From Candidatus Sumerlaeia bacterium (GTDB lineage: Bacteria > Sumerlaeota > Sumerlaeia > SLMS01 > JANRJK01): a DNA stretch of 64,000 nt. Below the pieces are notes generated by a model. That model searched no databases, had not been told where the DNA came from, and worked only from the letters and a program-made list of their open reading frames with translations. Below, in pieces: positions 1-8,847 of the stretch. Position 1 is the stretch's first letter; each line of letters opens with the position of its first letter. The stretch covers positions 558,618-622,617 of the forward strand of contig JANRJK010000013.1 in NCBI GenBank assembly GCA_033764015.1, in the 5' to 3' direction. The position numbers and the translations under genes are program-made.

Positions 1-1
1 C

Positions 2-142
2 GCCGCGGACACGCTCCGCATCGTCTGCGTCCTGACGGGCCACGGCTTGAAGGACCCGGACTACGCCGTCGAGACGGCTTCGAAGCCGGTCGTGGTGCCG
101 GCGGAGATGGGCGCCGTGCTGGGGGTGCTGGGAATGGCGTAG
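2..142 (+). CDS. thrC: threonine synthase, C-terminal fragment (truncated by window start)
   Basis: Frame 2 translates to ...RIVCVLTGHGLKDPDYAVE...GMA*. VLTGHGLKD is the conserved C-terminal motif of threonine synthases. Confidence 0.85.
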   Translation, partial: AADTLRIVCVLTGHGLKDPDYAVETASKPVVVPAEMGAVLGVLGMA

Positions 143-261
143 CGGTTTAGCCAACCCATTTTTGCGAATGGCGTTGACTCGGCTCGACCGCTTTCCGCGA
201 ATCCGCGAGTGTCCGCTTTAGCAGTTCATTCGTGCGCGTCCGACGCAGGAACCCACCCGAC

Positions 262-741
262 ATGTTGAAGGTCCAAACTCGACTGGATCGGAGTACGATC
301 CAAGGTCTCGGCCTGTACGCAGCCGAGTTCATCCCCCAGGGGACGATCGTCTGGGAGTACCACCCCGACATCGATCTCGTCTACCCCGCGGCGAAGGTCC
401 GCACGCTGGCCGACCACCGGCTGCGCAACTTCCTGTGCATCTACGCCTACTACAGCCGGCGGGTGGGTGGGTACATCCTCTGCGGAGACCACGCGCGCTT
501 CGTGAACCACTCCGAGTCCGCCAACCTCACCGGCGGCCCCGGCGAGGTCTCCGTCGCCAACCGCGACATCCACGAGGGCGAGGAGATCACGGACGACTAC
601 TTCACGTACGACCGGCCGGAGGGGGACGAATACGTCGAGGAGTTCTTCGCCTTCGAACACCTCCTCCGCCCCGCCTTCCGCCAGAACGGCCACACCCACA
701 GCAACGGGGCCTCCCAGCACCACGGGATTCCCGCCCGCTAA
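262..741 (+). CDS. SET-domain protein (putative lysine methyltransferase)
   Basis: STIQGLGLYAAEFIPQGTIVWEY, ARFVNHS and ANRDIHEGEEITDDY match the SET motifs GxG, RFxNHS and ExTxDY. ATG at 262 chosen as start. Confidence 0.9.
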   Translation: MLKVQTRLDRSTIQGLGLYAAEFIPQGTIVWEYHPDIDLVYPAAKVRTLADHRLRNFLCIYAYYSRRVGGYILCGDHARFVNHSESANLTGGPGEVSVANRDIHEGEEITDDYFTYDRPEGDEYVEEFFAFEHLLRPAFRQNGHTHSNGASQHHGIPAR

Positions 742-905
742 CCCCTTCGCCATGGAAGACACCGAGCGCGAGACATACATGCCACCACCGGCTTGATCCT
801 CGACATCCAACCAGCATCGCGCCGGGGCCCCCGCAACGGGTCCCCGGCGGTTTCCGCCAGCGCTCGGCGACGAGTCACCACCGGCTCACCCACATAGGCA
901 CTCCC

Positions 906-2876
906 ATGGCCCAACCGAAGAAACCCGCCCGCCCGGCGGGAAGCATGCCCTTGGCCCGCACCCTCGGGCCCATCACCGACCTCGAACGGCACCTGCCGTC
1001 CGAGTGGTGGCGGACGCTTTTCAACAGCATCTACCTCAAGACGGACGGCGACGTCGTCGAGAACGACGGCAACACGCTCAAGGAGGTCGACCTCCTCGTT
1101 TCGCACGCCGGCCTCGAGAAGTCCGACCGCATCCTCGACCTCTGCTGCGGGCAGGGGCGCCACTGCATCGAGCTGGCCCGGCGCGGCTTCACCGCCGTCA
1201 CGGGCATCGACCGGTCGCGCTACCTGGTGCGCCTCGCGCGGAAGCGCGCCCGCTCCCTCGGCCTCAACATCACCTTCAAGGAGGGTGACGCGCGCCGGTT
1301 CCAGCTCCCGCCCGCCAGCTTCGACTGCGTCGCCCTGATGGGGAACTCCTTCGGCTACTTCGACCGCGAAGAGGACGACCTCGCGGTCCTCACCGCGGTG
1401 CGCGAGACGCTCGCCTCCGAAGGCGCCGTCATCCTCGACATCGTCGACGGCACCTGGATGAAGGACCACTTCGAGCGGCGGAGCTGGGAGTGGATCGACC
1501 AGTCGCACTTCGTCTGCCGCGAGCGCTCGCTCGCCGCCGACCAGCGGCGCATCGTCTCGCGCGAAGTCGTGGTGCACGCCGAGCGCGGCGTCATCGCCGA
1601 CCAGTTCTACGCCGAGCGCCTGTACACCGAGGCGTCGATCCGCGAGCTCCTCGAAGCGGCGGGCTTCCGCGGCGTGCGCCTCCACGGCAAGGTGAACGCC
1701 GACTCGGACCGCGGGCAGGACCTCGGCATGATGGCGCACCGGCTCTTCATCGGCGCCACCGCCCCGCGCCGGGCGAAGCTGCCTCCGCCGGGACCGGTCC
1801 GCGCGCGCGACGTGACGGTGCTGCTCGGCGATCCGCGGCTCCCCGACTCCGTGAAGCTGGAGGGCCAGTTCAACGAGGCCGACATCGACACGGTGCGCAA
1901 GCTCCAGCGCGCCTGCGCGGAGGTCTCCGGCTACCGCTTCGAGTACTTCGACGAGCACGCCAAGCTGCTGGACCGGCTGCGCAACCGCCCGCCGAAGTTC
2001 GTGCTGAACCTCTGCGACGAGGGTTTCCGCAACGACGCCTTCTTCGAGCTCCACGTGGCGGCGCTGCTCGAGATGTTCGGCATCCCGTACAGCGGCGCCG
2101 GCCCGCAGGCGCTGGCGCTCTGCTACAACAAGAACCACGTCCGCGCCATCGCCGACTCCCTCGAGATCCCGGTCCCGGGCGAGACCTTCGTCGATCCCGA
2201 CGACCACCTGGCGACGATCCCTGCCACTTTCCCCGCGCTCGTGAAGCCGAACTACGGCGACAGCTCCGTCGGCATCACCGCCCGCGCGCTCGTCAACAAC
2301 TCCGAGGAACTGGTCGCCTACCTCAACGAGGTCCGGACCCAGTTCCCCGGGCGCCCGATCCTCGTGCAGGAGTTCCTCTCCGGCGGCGAGTACACGGTGG
2401 GCCTGGTCGGCAACCCGGGCATGACGATGACCCCGCTGCCCATCATGGAGGTCGACTACTCCCGCCTCGATCCGGGCCTGCCCCCGATCCTCGGGTACGA
2501 GTCGAAGTGGGACCCCGCCTCGCCGTACTGGACGCAGCTCGCCTACCGCGAGGCGCAACTGGACGAGGACACGCAGCGCCGACTGGTCGACGCCTCGACG
2601 CTCCTCTTCGAGCGCCTCGGCTGCCGCGACTACGCGCGCTTCGACTTCCGCGCCGACGCGAACGGGGTGATCAAGCTGCTCGAAGTCAACCCGAACCCGG
2701 GCTGGTGCTGGGACGGCAAGATGAACATCATGGCGGGCATGGCCGGGTACCGGTACCCGGACTTCCTGAAGATGATCCTCGACGCCGCGTTCGAGCGCTA
2801 CACCGCGGGCACCGCGACCGGCTCGCCGAACGACACGCCGCTGCCGGTCGAGTCCCTGCGCCCGGCGACGGTCTGA
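906..2876 (+). CDS. class I SAM-dependent methyltransferase fused to a D-Ala-D-Ala-ligase-like ATP-grasp domain
   Basis: N-half has ILDLCCGQGRH, GIDRS, EGDAR and GNSFGYF. C-half has LEMFGIPYSG, LVKPNYGDSSVGI, QEFLSGGEYTV, DYARFDFR and LLEVNPNPG. ATG at 906. Confidence 0.88.
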   Translation: MAQPKKPARPAGSMPLARTLGPITDLERHLPSEWWRTLFNSIYLKTDGDVVENDGNTLKEVDLLVSHAGLEKSDRILDLCCGQGRHCIELARRGFTAVTGIDRSRYLVRLARKRARSLGLNITFKEGDARRFQLPPASFDCVALMGNSFGYFDREEDDLAVLTAVRETLASEGAVILDIVDGTWMKDHFERRSWEWIDQSHFVCRERSLAADQRRIVSREVVVHAERGVIADQFYAERLYTEASIRELLEAAGFRGVRLHGKVNADSDRGQDLGMMAHRLFIGATAPRRAKLPPPGPVRARDVTVLLGDPRLPDSVKLEGQFNEADIDTVRKLQRACAEVSGYRFEYFDEHAKLLDRLRNRPPKFVLNLCDEGFRNDAFFELHVAALLEMFGIPYSGAGPQALALCYNKNHVRAIADSLEIPVPGETFVDPDDHLATIPATFPALVKPNYGDSSVGITARALVNNSEELVAYLNEVRTQFPGRPILVQEFLSGGEYTVGLVGNPGMTMTPLPIMEVDYSRLDPGLPPILGYESKWDPASPYWTQLAYREAQLDEDTQRRLVDASTLLFERLGCRDYARFDFRADANGVIKLLEVNPNPGWCWDGKMNIMAGMAGYRYPDFLKMILDAAFERYTAGTATGSPNDTPLPVESLRPATV

Positions 2877-2893
2877 GCATCCACGCCGCCCAC

Positions 2894-2920
2894 GGGGCGC
2901 CCGCCGCGGGCGGGCGCCCC
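2894..2920 (+). terminator. perfect 12-bp GC hairpin after the MTase-ATP-grasp gene
   Basis: GGGGCGCCCGCC-gcg-GGCGGGCGCCCC. There is no clear U-tract, so it may be a processing or stabilising hairpin instead. Confidence 0.45.
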
Positions 2921-2975
2921 CGCGCTTGACTCTCTGCGCCTTGCGCCGCGCCCTTGGGCGGGGGAGCATCCGCCC

Positions 2976-3290
2976 ATGGACAGAATCGAGCAGCTCGAGC
3001 AGTTCGCAGCCGACGAGCCGGACGACGCGCTCACCCATTTCCTGCTGGGGCGCGAGTACATGAACGCGAAGCGCTGGGAGGACGCGGTCCGCGTCCTGGC
3101 CCGCTGCGTCGAGCTGGACCCCGACTACACCGCGGCGGTGAAGGCGCTGGCCGATTCGCTCCGCCTCGCGGGGCGCGCGGACGACGCCGCCATCGCGTAC
3201 CGGCAAGGCATCGCCACCGCCGAGCGCACCGGAGACCTGCAAGTGAAGAAGGAATGCCAGGCCTTCCTCAACCGGCTGGAAGGCGCATGA
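2976..3290 (+). CDS. small tetratricopeptide-repeat protein
   Basis: DALTHFLLGREY...EDAVRVLARCVELDPDYTAA is TPR-like; GGGAG RBS upstream; ATGA overlap with the next gene. Confidence 0.8.
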   Translation: MDRIEQLEQFAADEPDDALTHFLLGREYMNAKRWEDAVRVLARCVELDPDYTAAVKALADSLRLAGRADDAAIAYRQGIATAERTGDLQVKKECQAFLNRLEGA

Positions 3291-4321
3291 ACGCGACCGC
3301 CGCCGCCAAGCGCCCCGCTGTGCAGCTCTCCACCGTCATCCCCGTGTACAACGAGGAGGAGTCGCTCCCGGCGCTCCACAAGCGCCTCACCAAGGTGCTC
3401 TCCAACATCACCGACGACTACGAAATCGTGCTCGTGGACGACGGCAGTCGCGACCGCTCCGCGGAGATCATCGAGTCGCTCGCCGCGCAGGACCCGCACG
3501 TCGTGGGCATCCTGCTCTCGCGGAACTTCGGCCACCAGATCGCGCTTACCGCCGGCCTGGACCACGCCCGCGGCGACGCCATCGCCATGATGGACGCGGA
3601 CCTGCAGGACCCGCCCGAGCTGCTGCCGCGCATGTTGAAGCGCATCGCCGAGGGCTACGACGTGGTGTACGCGCAGCGCCGCAAGCGCGCTGGCGAGTCT
3701 CCCTTCAAGCTCTTCACCGCGGCCCTTTTCTACCGTCTTCTCCGCTCGCTGACCAAAGTGGACATCCCGCTCGACACCGGCGACTTCCGCGTCATCAACC
3801 GCGTGGCGCTCGACAGCGTCCTGTCGCTCCGGGAGCGGAACCGCTTCCTGCGCGGCATGTTCAGTTGGGTGGGCTTCCGCCAGACCGGCGTGCTCTACAA
3901 CCGCGCCGCGCGGCACGCGGGCGAGACCAAGTACCCGCTGAAGAAGATGGTCCGCCTCGCCATCGACGGCATCACGTCCTTCAGCCACCTGCCGCTCCAG
4001 TTCGCCACCTGGCTGGGCTTCACGTTCGCGCTTCTGGGCGCCGCGTACGGCATGCGCGTGCTGTACGTGTGGTCCCTCGGCGGCGCGGTGCAGGGCTGGG
4101 CCTCCACGGTGCTGACGGTGCTGGTGCTGGGTGGCGTGCAGCTCGTGACGCTCGGCATCATCGGTGAGTATGTGGGCCGGATCCTCGACGAATCGCGCAG
4201 GCGGCCGCTCTACTTCGTGCGCCGCGTCGCGCACCGGGACGCCCCCCCCGCGCCGGCGCCGCCGGCCGCCTCGTTGGTCGGCGATCTGGACGAGGACGAC
4301 GAGGAAGATCCCTCGCCGTGA
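3287..4321 (+). CDS. GT2 polyprenol-phosphate glycosyltransferase (GtrB/ArnC-like)
   Basis: VIPVYNEEESL, VDDGSRD, LSRNFGHQIALTAG, MDADLQDPP, DTGDFR, and two C-terminal TM helices. Confidence 0.92.
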   Translation: MNATAAAKRPAVQLSTVIPVYNEEESLPALHKRLTKVLSNITDDYEIVLVDDGSRDRSAEIIESLAAQDPHVVGILLSRNFGHQIALTAGLDHARGDAIAMMDADLQDPPELLPRMLKRIAEGYDVVYAQRRKRAGESPFKLFTAALFYRLLRSLTKVDIPLDTGDFRVINRVALDSVLSLRERNRFLRGMFSWVGFRQTGVLYNRAARHAGETKYPLKKMVRLAIDGITSFSHLPLQFATWLGFTFALLGAAYGMRVLYVWSLGGAVQGWASTVLTVLVLGGVQLVTLGIIGEYVGRILDESRRRPLYFVRRVAHRDAPPAPAPPAASLVGDLDEDDEEDPSP

Positions 4322-5499
4322 AGCCGCGGAGCTGGCTGTTCTTCAACTACGAGTTCCCTCCCGTCGGTGGCGGCGGTGGAACGTGTTCGATGTACCTCGC
4401 GAAGGAGTTGGCGCGCGCCGGACACCGAGTCGTAGTGCTCACGGCCGCCTTCGGCGAGCTTCCGCGCCGCGAGGAGCGCGACGGCTACCTGGTCCGGCGC
4501 ATCCCAGCGCTCCGGGCCATGGCGGGCCAGTGCCGCCCCTACGAAATGGCGAGCTACGCCGCTTCCGCGTTCTTCTCGGCGCTCTTCCGCGGCCGCCGGC
4601 CCGACTATCTGGCCAGCTTCCATTCGATCCCGTCCGGCATGCCCGCGTGGCCGCTTTCGGTGCTCTGGGGCCGCCCGCACTTCGTCCTGTTCCAAGGCGG
4701 CGATGTGCCCGGCTGGCTGCCAGGGGAACTCGAGAAGATGCACGCCCGCACGCTTTGGCTGAACCGCCTCATCGTGCACCAGTCGGCGCTCGCGCTGGCG
4801 AACAGCGACGGCCTGCGGGACTTGGCCCAGCCTTCGTTCCCGAAGAAGCGCATCGGCGTCCTGTACGGCGGCGCCGATCCCGATGTTTACGCCCCCCCGG
4901 AGTCCCCCCGCGAGGGGCGGACAGGCCCCTGCCGCTTCCTCTTCGTTGGACGCCTAACCACACAGAAGGGGCTCGACACGCTCTTGCGCGCGCTCGCCGC
5001 GGCGCGGCGCGAGGACCCAGGCCTCGAGTGGTCCCTGGACGTCGCGGGCGACGGACCGCGGCGCGGCGAGTTCGAGGAGATCGCGCGCCGCGAGTCGCTC
5101 ACGGACCGCGTCGTGTTCCACGGGTTCGTCGACCGGTCGCAGGGGCGCCTGCTTTACGACGCGGCGGACGTGTTCGCGTTCCCGTCGCGCTACGAGGGGA
5201 TGCCGAACGTGGTGCTCGAGGCGATGGCCTGCGGGTTGCCGGTGATCGGCACGCGGATCGCGGGGACGGAGCAGCTCGTCGAGCCCGGAGTGAACGGCGA
5301 ACTGCTGGCGGTGGACGACACGGGGGCGCTCGCCGGGGCGTGTCTCCGCTTGGCCCGCGACCGCGCGCTCCGGACCAAGATGGGCGGGGCGTCGCGGGCG
5401 CTCGTGCTGGAGAAGTGGACTTGGGCCGCCCGCGCGGCCGAGCTGGCGCGCCTCGCGGAAGCGGAAGGCCGCGCGCACCGACAAGGAGCGGAACGATGA
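4318..5499 (+). CDS. GT4 family glycosyltransferase
   Basis: NYEFPPVGGG, FVGRLTTQKG, FPSRYEGMPNVVLEAMACGLPVI. Confidence 0.92.
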   Translation: MKPRSWLFFNYEFPPVGGGGGTCSMYLAKELARAGHRVVVLTAAFGELPRREERDGYLVRRIPALRAMAGQCRPYEMASYAASAFFSALFRGRRPDYLASFHSIPSGMPAWPLSVLWGRPHFVLFQGGDVPGWLPGELEKMHARTLWLNRLIVHQSALALANSDGLRDLAQPSFPKKRIGVLYGGADPDVYAPPESPREGRTGPCRFLFVGRLTTQKGLDTLLRALAAARREDPGLEWSLDVAGDGPRRGEFEEIARRESLTDRVVFHGFVDRSQGRLLYDAADVFAFPSRYEGMPNVVLEAMACGLPVIGTRIAGTEQLVEPGVNGELLAVDDTGALAGACLRLARDRALRTKMGGASRALVLEKWTWAARAAELARLAEAEGRAHRQGAER

Positions 5500-6263
5500 A
5501 GGGCGTCGTACTTGCGGGCGGGCTCGGCACACGCCTCTACCCGCTCACGAAGATCACGAACAAGCACCTGCTGCCGGTCTACAACCGGCCGATGATCCAC
5601 TGGCCGCTCCTCGCGCTGGTCGAAGCCGGCGTGCAGGACATCATGATCGTCACCGGCGGCAGCTTCGCCGGCGCCTTCCTCCAGCTCCTCGGGAACGGGC
5701 GGGAATTCGGCCTCCGCGACATCCACTACACCTACCAGGAAGGCGAAGGCGGCATCGCCGAGGCGCTCTCCCTCGCGGAGCACTTCGTCGACGGCGACCG
5801 CGTGGTCGTCATCCTGGGCGACAACATCTTCGAGCACTCGATCCGCCCCTACGCCGACGCCTTCGCGGCGCAGAAGAGCGGCGCGCGCATCGTGCTCTCC
5901 GAGGTCCCCGACCCGCAGCGCTTCGGCGTCCCCGCCTTCGACGCGAACAAGCGGATCACCAACATCATCGAAAAGCCCACGCAGCCCCCCAGCAACTACG
6001 CGGTCGCCGGCATCTACATGTACGACGAGTACGTCTGGGAAGTGATCCGCACGCTGAAGCCGTCGGACCGCGGGGAACTGGAAATCACCGACGTGAACAA
6101 CGCGTACCTGCGGCGCGGCGACCTGGAGTACTCCGTGATGAAGGGCTGGTGGACCGACGCCGGCACCTTCGACAGCCTCCTTTCCGCCAGCCACAAGGTG
6201 CACGACCGCGAGGCGAAGGAGCCCTTCGCCAAGTTCCTCCGCACGGAGCACCGCGACGGCTGA
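5496..6263 (+). CDS. rfbA: glucose-1-phosphate thymidylyltransferase (short form, RmlA/SpsI-like)
   Basis: MKGVVLAGGLGTRLYPLTKITNKHLLPVY, ILGDNIF, IIEKP, SDRGELEITD, WWTDAGTFDSL. Confidence 0.88.
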   Translation: MKGVVLAGGLGTRLYPLTKITNKHLLPVYNRPMIHWPLLALVEAGVQDIMIVTGGSFAGAFLQLLGNGREFGLRDIHYTYQEGEGGIAEALSLAEHFVDGDRVVVILGDNIFEHSIRPYADAFAAQKSGARIVLSEVPDPQRFGVPAFDANKRITNIIEKPTQPPSNYAVAGIYMYDEYVWEVIRTLKPSDRGELEITDVNNAYLRRGDLEYSVMKGWWTDAGTFDSLLSASHKVHDREAKEPFAKFLRTEHRDG

Positions 6264-6396
6264 CCCCGCCGCCCCCGCCGGGGCGCCCGGGGCGCCGCTG
6301 CGGCTCGGCTTCTCGCTCGCGCCGGGAGCGCTTTCGCGCGAGGCGTTCCTGCGCCTCGCCGAGCCCGTCCTGCGCCGGTGCGGCATCGCGTGCTGG

Positions 6397-7725
6397 GTGC
6401 TCGTCCCGCCTGCGCACGCGGACGTCGTGGTCGCGTACGGCGAGCGCGCCTACTCGCCTTCCGACCGGCCGGCGATCCGCTTCCTCCACGTCGACACTTC
6501 GCTCGCGCCGGGCGGCATGCGCGACACCGCGCGGCGATTCCTCGCCCGTGTCGCCCCCGCTCCCGACGCCGCCGCGATCCGGCCGCTGCTCTTCCACGGC
6601 GACACCCACGTCTCGCGGGCGGCCTTCGACCTCTTCGCCATCGCGCGCTGGATCCTCGACCGCGAAGAGGAGCGCGACGCCCGCGCATCCGACGAACACG
6701 GGCGCTACCCGCCGGAGGAATCGGTCCTCGCCAGGGCGGGCCTGCTGGACCGCCCGGTCGTCGACGAATGCTGCCATGCCTTCGGGCTCGAGCTGTGGCG
6801 CCTCGCCGGACGCCCGGCGTCGGCGTCCCCGGCGGGGGAGTGGACGCTCTCCGTCACCCTCGATGTGGACTCCGACGGCATGTTCCTCGGGCGACGCGGG
6901 CTGCGCACCATTCGCGACGCGGCAACGACGACCGGCCCCGGCCTCACCCGCGTGGCGCTCGCCGGCGCGCTCACGCTCGCGCGCCTGCGCCCCGACCCGC
7001 ATCTCAGGATCGGCGAACTCTCCGAGCAACTCGCCGCCCTCGGCGTCCCCGCGACGTTCTTCGTGCAGACGCACCGCGCGCACGCGCTCGACAGCTACGC
7101 TCTGACGGCGGGATCGCCGCTGCTGCCGCCGCTCCGCCGCGCGCGCGCCCTCGGGCACGACATCGCCCTCCATTCAAGCGCTGCCGGCCTCGACGGCGGC
7201 CCAAGCCTCGCCGCCCAGTTCCGCCGCCTACGCGCCCGTGGTCTCGACCCAGCCCCGCTGGTGCGCGCCCACTACCTTCGGACCCGCGCCCATGGCGCGT
7301 GGACGGCCACGCCCCTCGCCGACAGCAGTCTTGCCTACGGCGCGCGCTGCGGATTCCGCACCGGCACGTGCACCCCGCACCGCCTCCCCGCCTCCCATGC
7401 CGACGGCGGATGGGAACTGCCTCCGTGCGCAATGGACAGCACGCTGCGCCACTTCGAGAACCTCGGCCCCGAATCAGCCTTCAAACGGATGACCGCCCTC
7501 CTGGAACGGGTTCGGGCCCTGGGAGGACTTGGCGTCTTGATCGTCCATCCGCAAAACCTCGAACCGCTCTTCTGGCCGGGCTGGCGCGAGCTGCTGGTGG
7601 ACGTGGTGCAGTGGGCAGTGGAGAACGGCGCGCGTATTGCTTCACTCCCAAAGGCGCTCGCCGAAGCGAAGGAAACCCGCCGAGAGACCCTGCGCCGACT
7701 GAATGGGGACGTGCTCGGAGTGTAA
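6397..7725 (+). CDS. polysaccharide deacetylase-like protein (start may lie near 6256)
   Basis: LDRPVVDE, SVTLDVD, ATFF, GHDIALH, VRAHYLR, DSSLAY..CGFRTGTC and LIVHP are typical of deacetylase-like proteins in glycan loci. Confidence 0.7.
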   Translation: MLVPPAHADVVVAYGERAYSPSDRPAIRFLHVDTSLAPGGMRDTARRFLARVAPAPDAAAIRPLLFHGDTHVSRAAFDLFAIARWILDREEERDARASDEHGRYPPEESVLARAGLLDRPVVDECCHAFGLELWRLAGRPASASPAGEWTLSVTLDVDSDGMFLGRRGLRTIRDAATTTGPGLTRVALAGALTLARLRPDPHLRIGELSEQLAALGVPATFFVQTHRAHALDSYALTAGSPLLPPLRRARALGHDIALHSSAAGLDGGPSLAAQFRRLRARGLDPAPLVRAHYLRTRAHGAWTATPLADSSLAYGARCGFRTGTCTPHRLPASHADGGWELPPCAMDSTLRHFENLGPESAFKRMTALLERVRALGGLGVLIVHPQNLEPLFWPGWRELLVDVVQWAVENGARIASLPKALAEAKETRRETLRRLNGDVLGV

Positions 7726-7832
7726 TGGAAGTCGTCCGGCCGGAAGCCCGCACTCCGTTTTCGACTTTGACTTCCAACCAGCCGGCGGGGTTTGACACTA
7801 CTAAGCGGATCCGGGCGAAAGGAGTCCCCACG

Positions 7833-8678
7833 ATGCGGCTTCGGCACCTCACCAGCTTCCTCTTGGCGACATCGGCAGCGGCCGCCTTGAGCGCCCCGCT
7901 CTTCGCGAACACGACCAATACCGCGCCCGAGGCCCAGCACTCCCTCGTCCGCGCGACGCCCACGCCCGCTTCCCTCGGCAACGCCGCCGAGGACACCGAT
8001 GGCGACGGGATCCCGGATGGCGTCGATTGCTGCCCCTACGTCTACAATCCGGACCAGGCGGACTTGGATGGCGACGGGTTCGGCAACGTCTGCGACGACG
8101 ATGCGGATGGCGATGGCGTTCGGAACGCTTTGGACAACTGCCCGCTGGTCGCGAACCCGAACCAGATGGACCGCGACCGCGATGGCCTTGGCGATCTGTG
8201 CGACGACGACGCGGATGGCGACGGCATCGTCAATTGGGTGGACCAGTACCCCTTCGATTCCCGGCCGGAAGGTCCCGACGGCGCCCGGAACGACGGCGCC
8301 TCCGTGATGGCGGACCTGCGCGGAGCCCTCGGACAGGACGCACTCGTGAGGCTCGTCCTGCCGGACGGGGCACGCGCGCCGGAGCTCCCGAACCTCAACC
8401 TCGTCAGCGACCGCCCTGCGGCGGAGCAGGCCCGCGCCCGCGCCCTCCAATACGAGGCGCTCCGCCTGCACCTCCAGGCTTGGCGCTTCGAGAACGCAGC
8501 GGAGGCGCCGCCCGCTGAGGGATTTGCGCGCCGCGAGGCCGCCGCGACCGCCAGCGGACCCACGCTCCCCGAGCTGCCGCGCACCGGAATCAAGGCGCGC
8601 CTCGGCGGACTCTGGGATGATGTGACTTCCGCGGCGTCCTTCGTCCGCCGTTCCCTAGACACCGACCACCGCTTCTAG
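7833..8678 (+). CDS. secreted protein with thrombospondin type-3-like Ca-binding repeats
   Basis: AAAGGAG RBS; signal peptide MRLRHLTSFLLATSAAAALSAPLFA; repeats DTDGDGIPDGVDCCP, DLDGDGFGNVCDDDADGDGV, DNCPLVANPNQMDRDRDGLGDLCD. Confidence 0.85.
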   Translation: MRLRHLTSFLLATSAAAALSAPLFANTTNTAPEAQHSLVRATPTPASLGNAAEDTDGDGIPDGVDCCPYVYNPDQADLDGDGFGNVCDDDADGDGVRNALDNCPLVANPNQMDRDRDGLGDLCDDDADGDGIVNWVDQYPFDSRPEGPDGARNDGASVMADLRGALGQDALVRLVLPDGARAPELPNLNLVSDRPAAEQARARALQYEALRLHLQAWRFENAAEAPPAEGFARREAAATASGPTLPELPRTGIKARLGGLWDDVTSAASFVRRSLDTDHRF

Positions 8679-8695
8679 CCGCATCCAGACTGGCC

Positions 8696-8725
8696 AAATC
8701 CCCGGGACGAGAGCCCCGGGGATTT
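8696..8725 (+). terminator. putative intrinsic terminator
   Basis: AAATCCCCGGG-acgagagc-CCCGGGGATTT, an 11-bp stem just after the TSP3 gene. Confidence 0.6.
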
Positions 8726-8847
8726 CCGCCTTGTCCGATAATGGTTGAGTGGCCGGAGCGCTTGTGCATCATGGGGTCCGAGTGAAGACACGCACAGGGC
8801 ACGCGTGAGACGCGCCCGCATCCGAATTCCCCAAGGAGTCCCCACCC

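Noticed and set aside
435..905. 157-aa N-terminal extension of the MTase-ATP-grasp ORF in the track
   Set aside because: It overlaps the SET gene in another frame and reads as Arg/Pro-rich shadow sequence; the ATG at 906 is more plausible.
906..2876. Calling the fusion a canonical ddl or a van resistance ligase
   Set aside because: It lacks the Ddl N-terminal substrate motif, is fused to a methyltransferase, and has no mur or van genes nearby.
738..3242. Long antisense and alternative-frame ORFs (e.g. 738..3242 -, 34780..37428 +, 43475..45967 +, 59906..62029 -)
   Set aside because: They are shadow ORFs expected in very GC-rich DNA; each lies opposite or over a well-supported gene and has no recognisable motifs.
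7990..8260. Repeated gacggc/gatggc units as a DNA repeat array or CRISPR
   Set aside because: They are degenerate codon-level repeats encoding DxDxDG motifs; there is no repeat-spacer structure and no cas genes.
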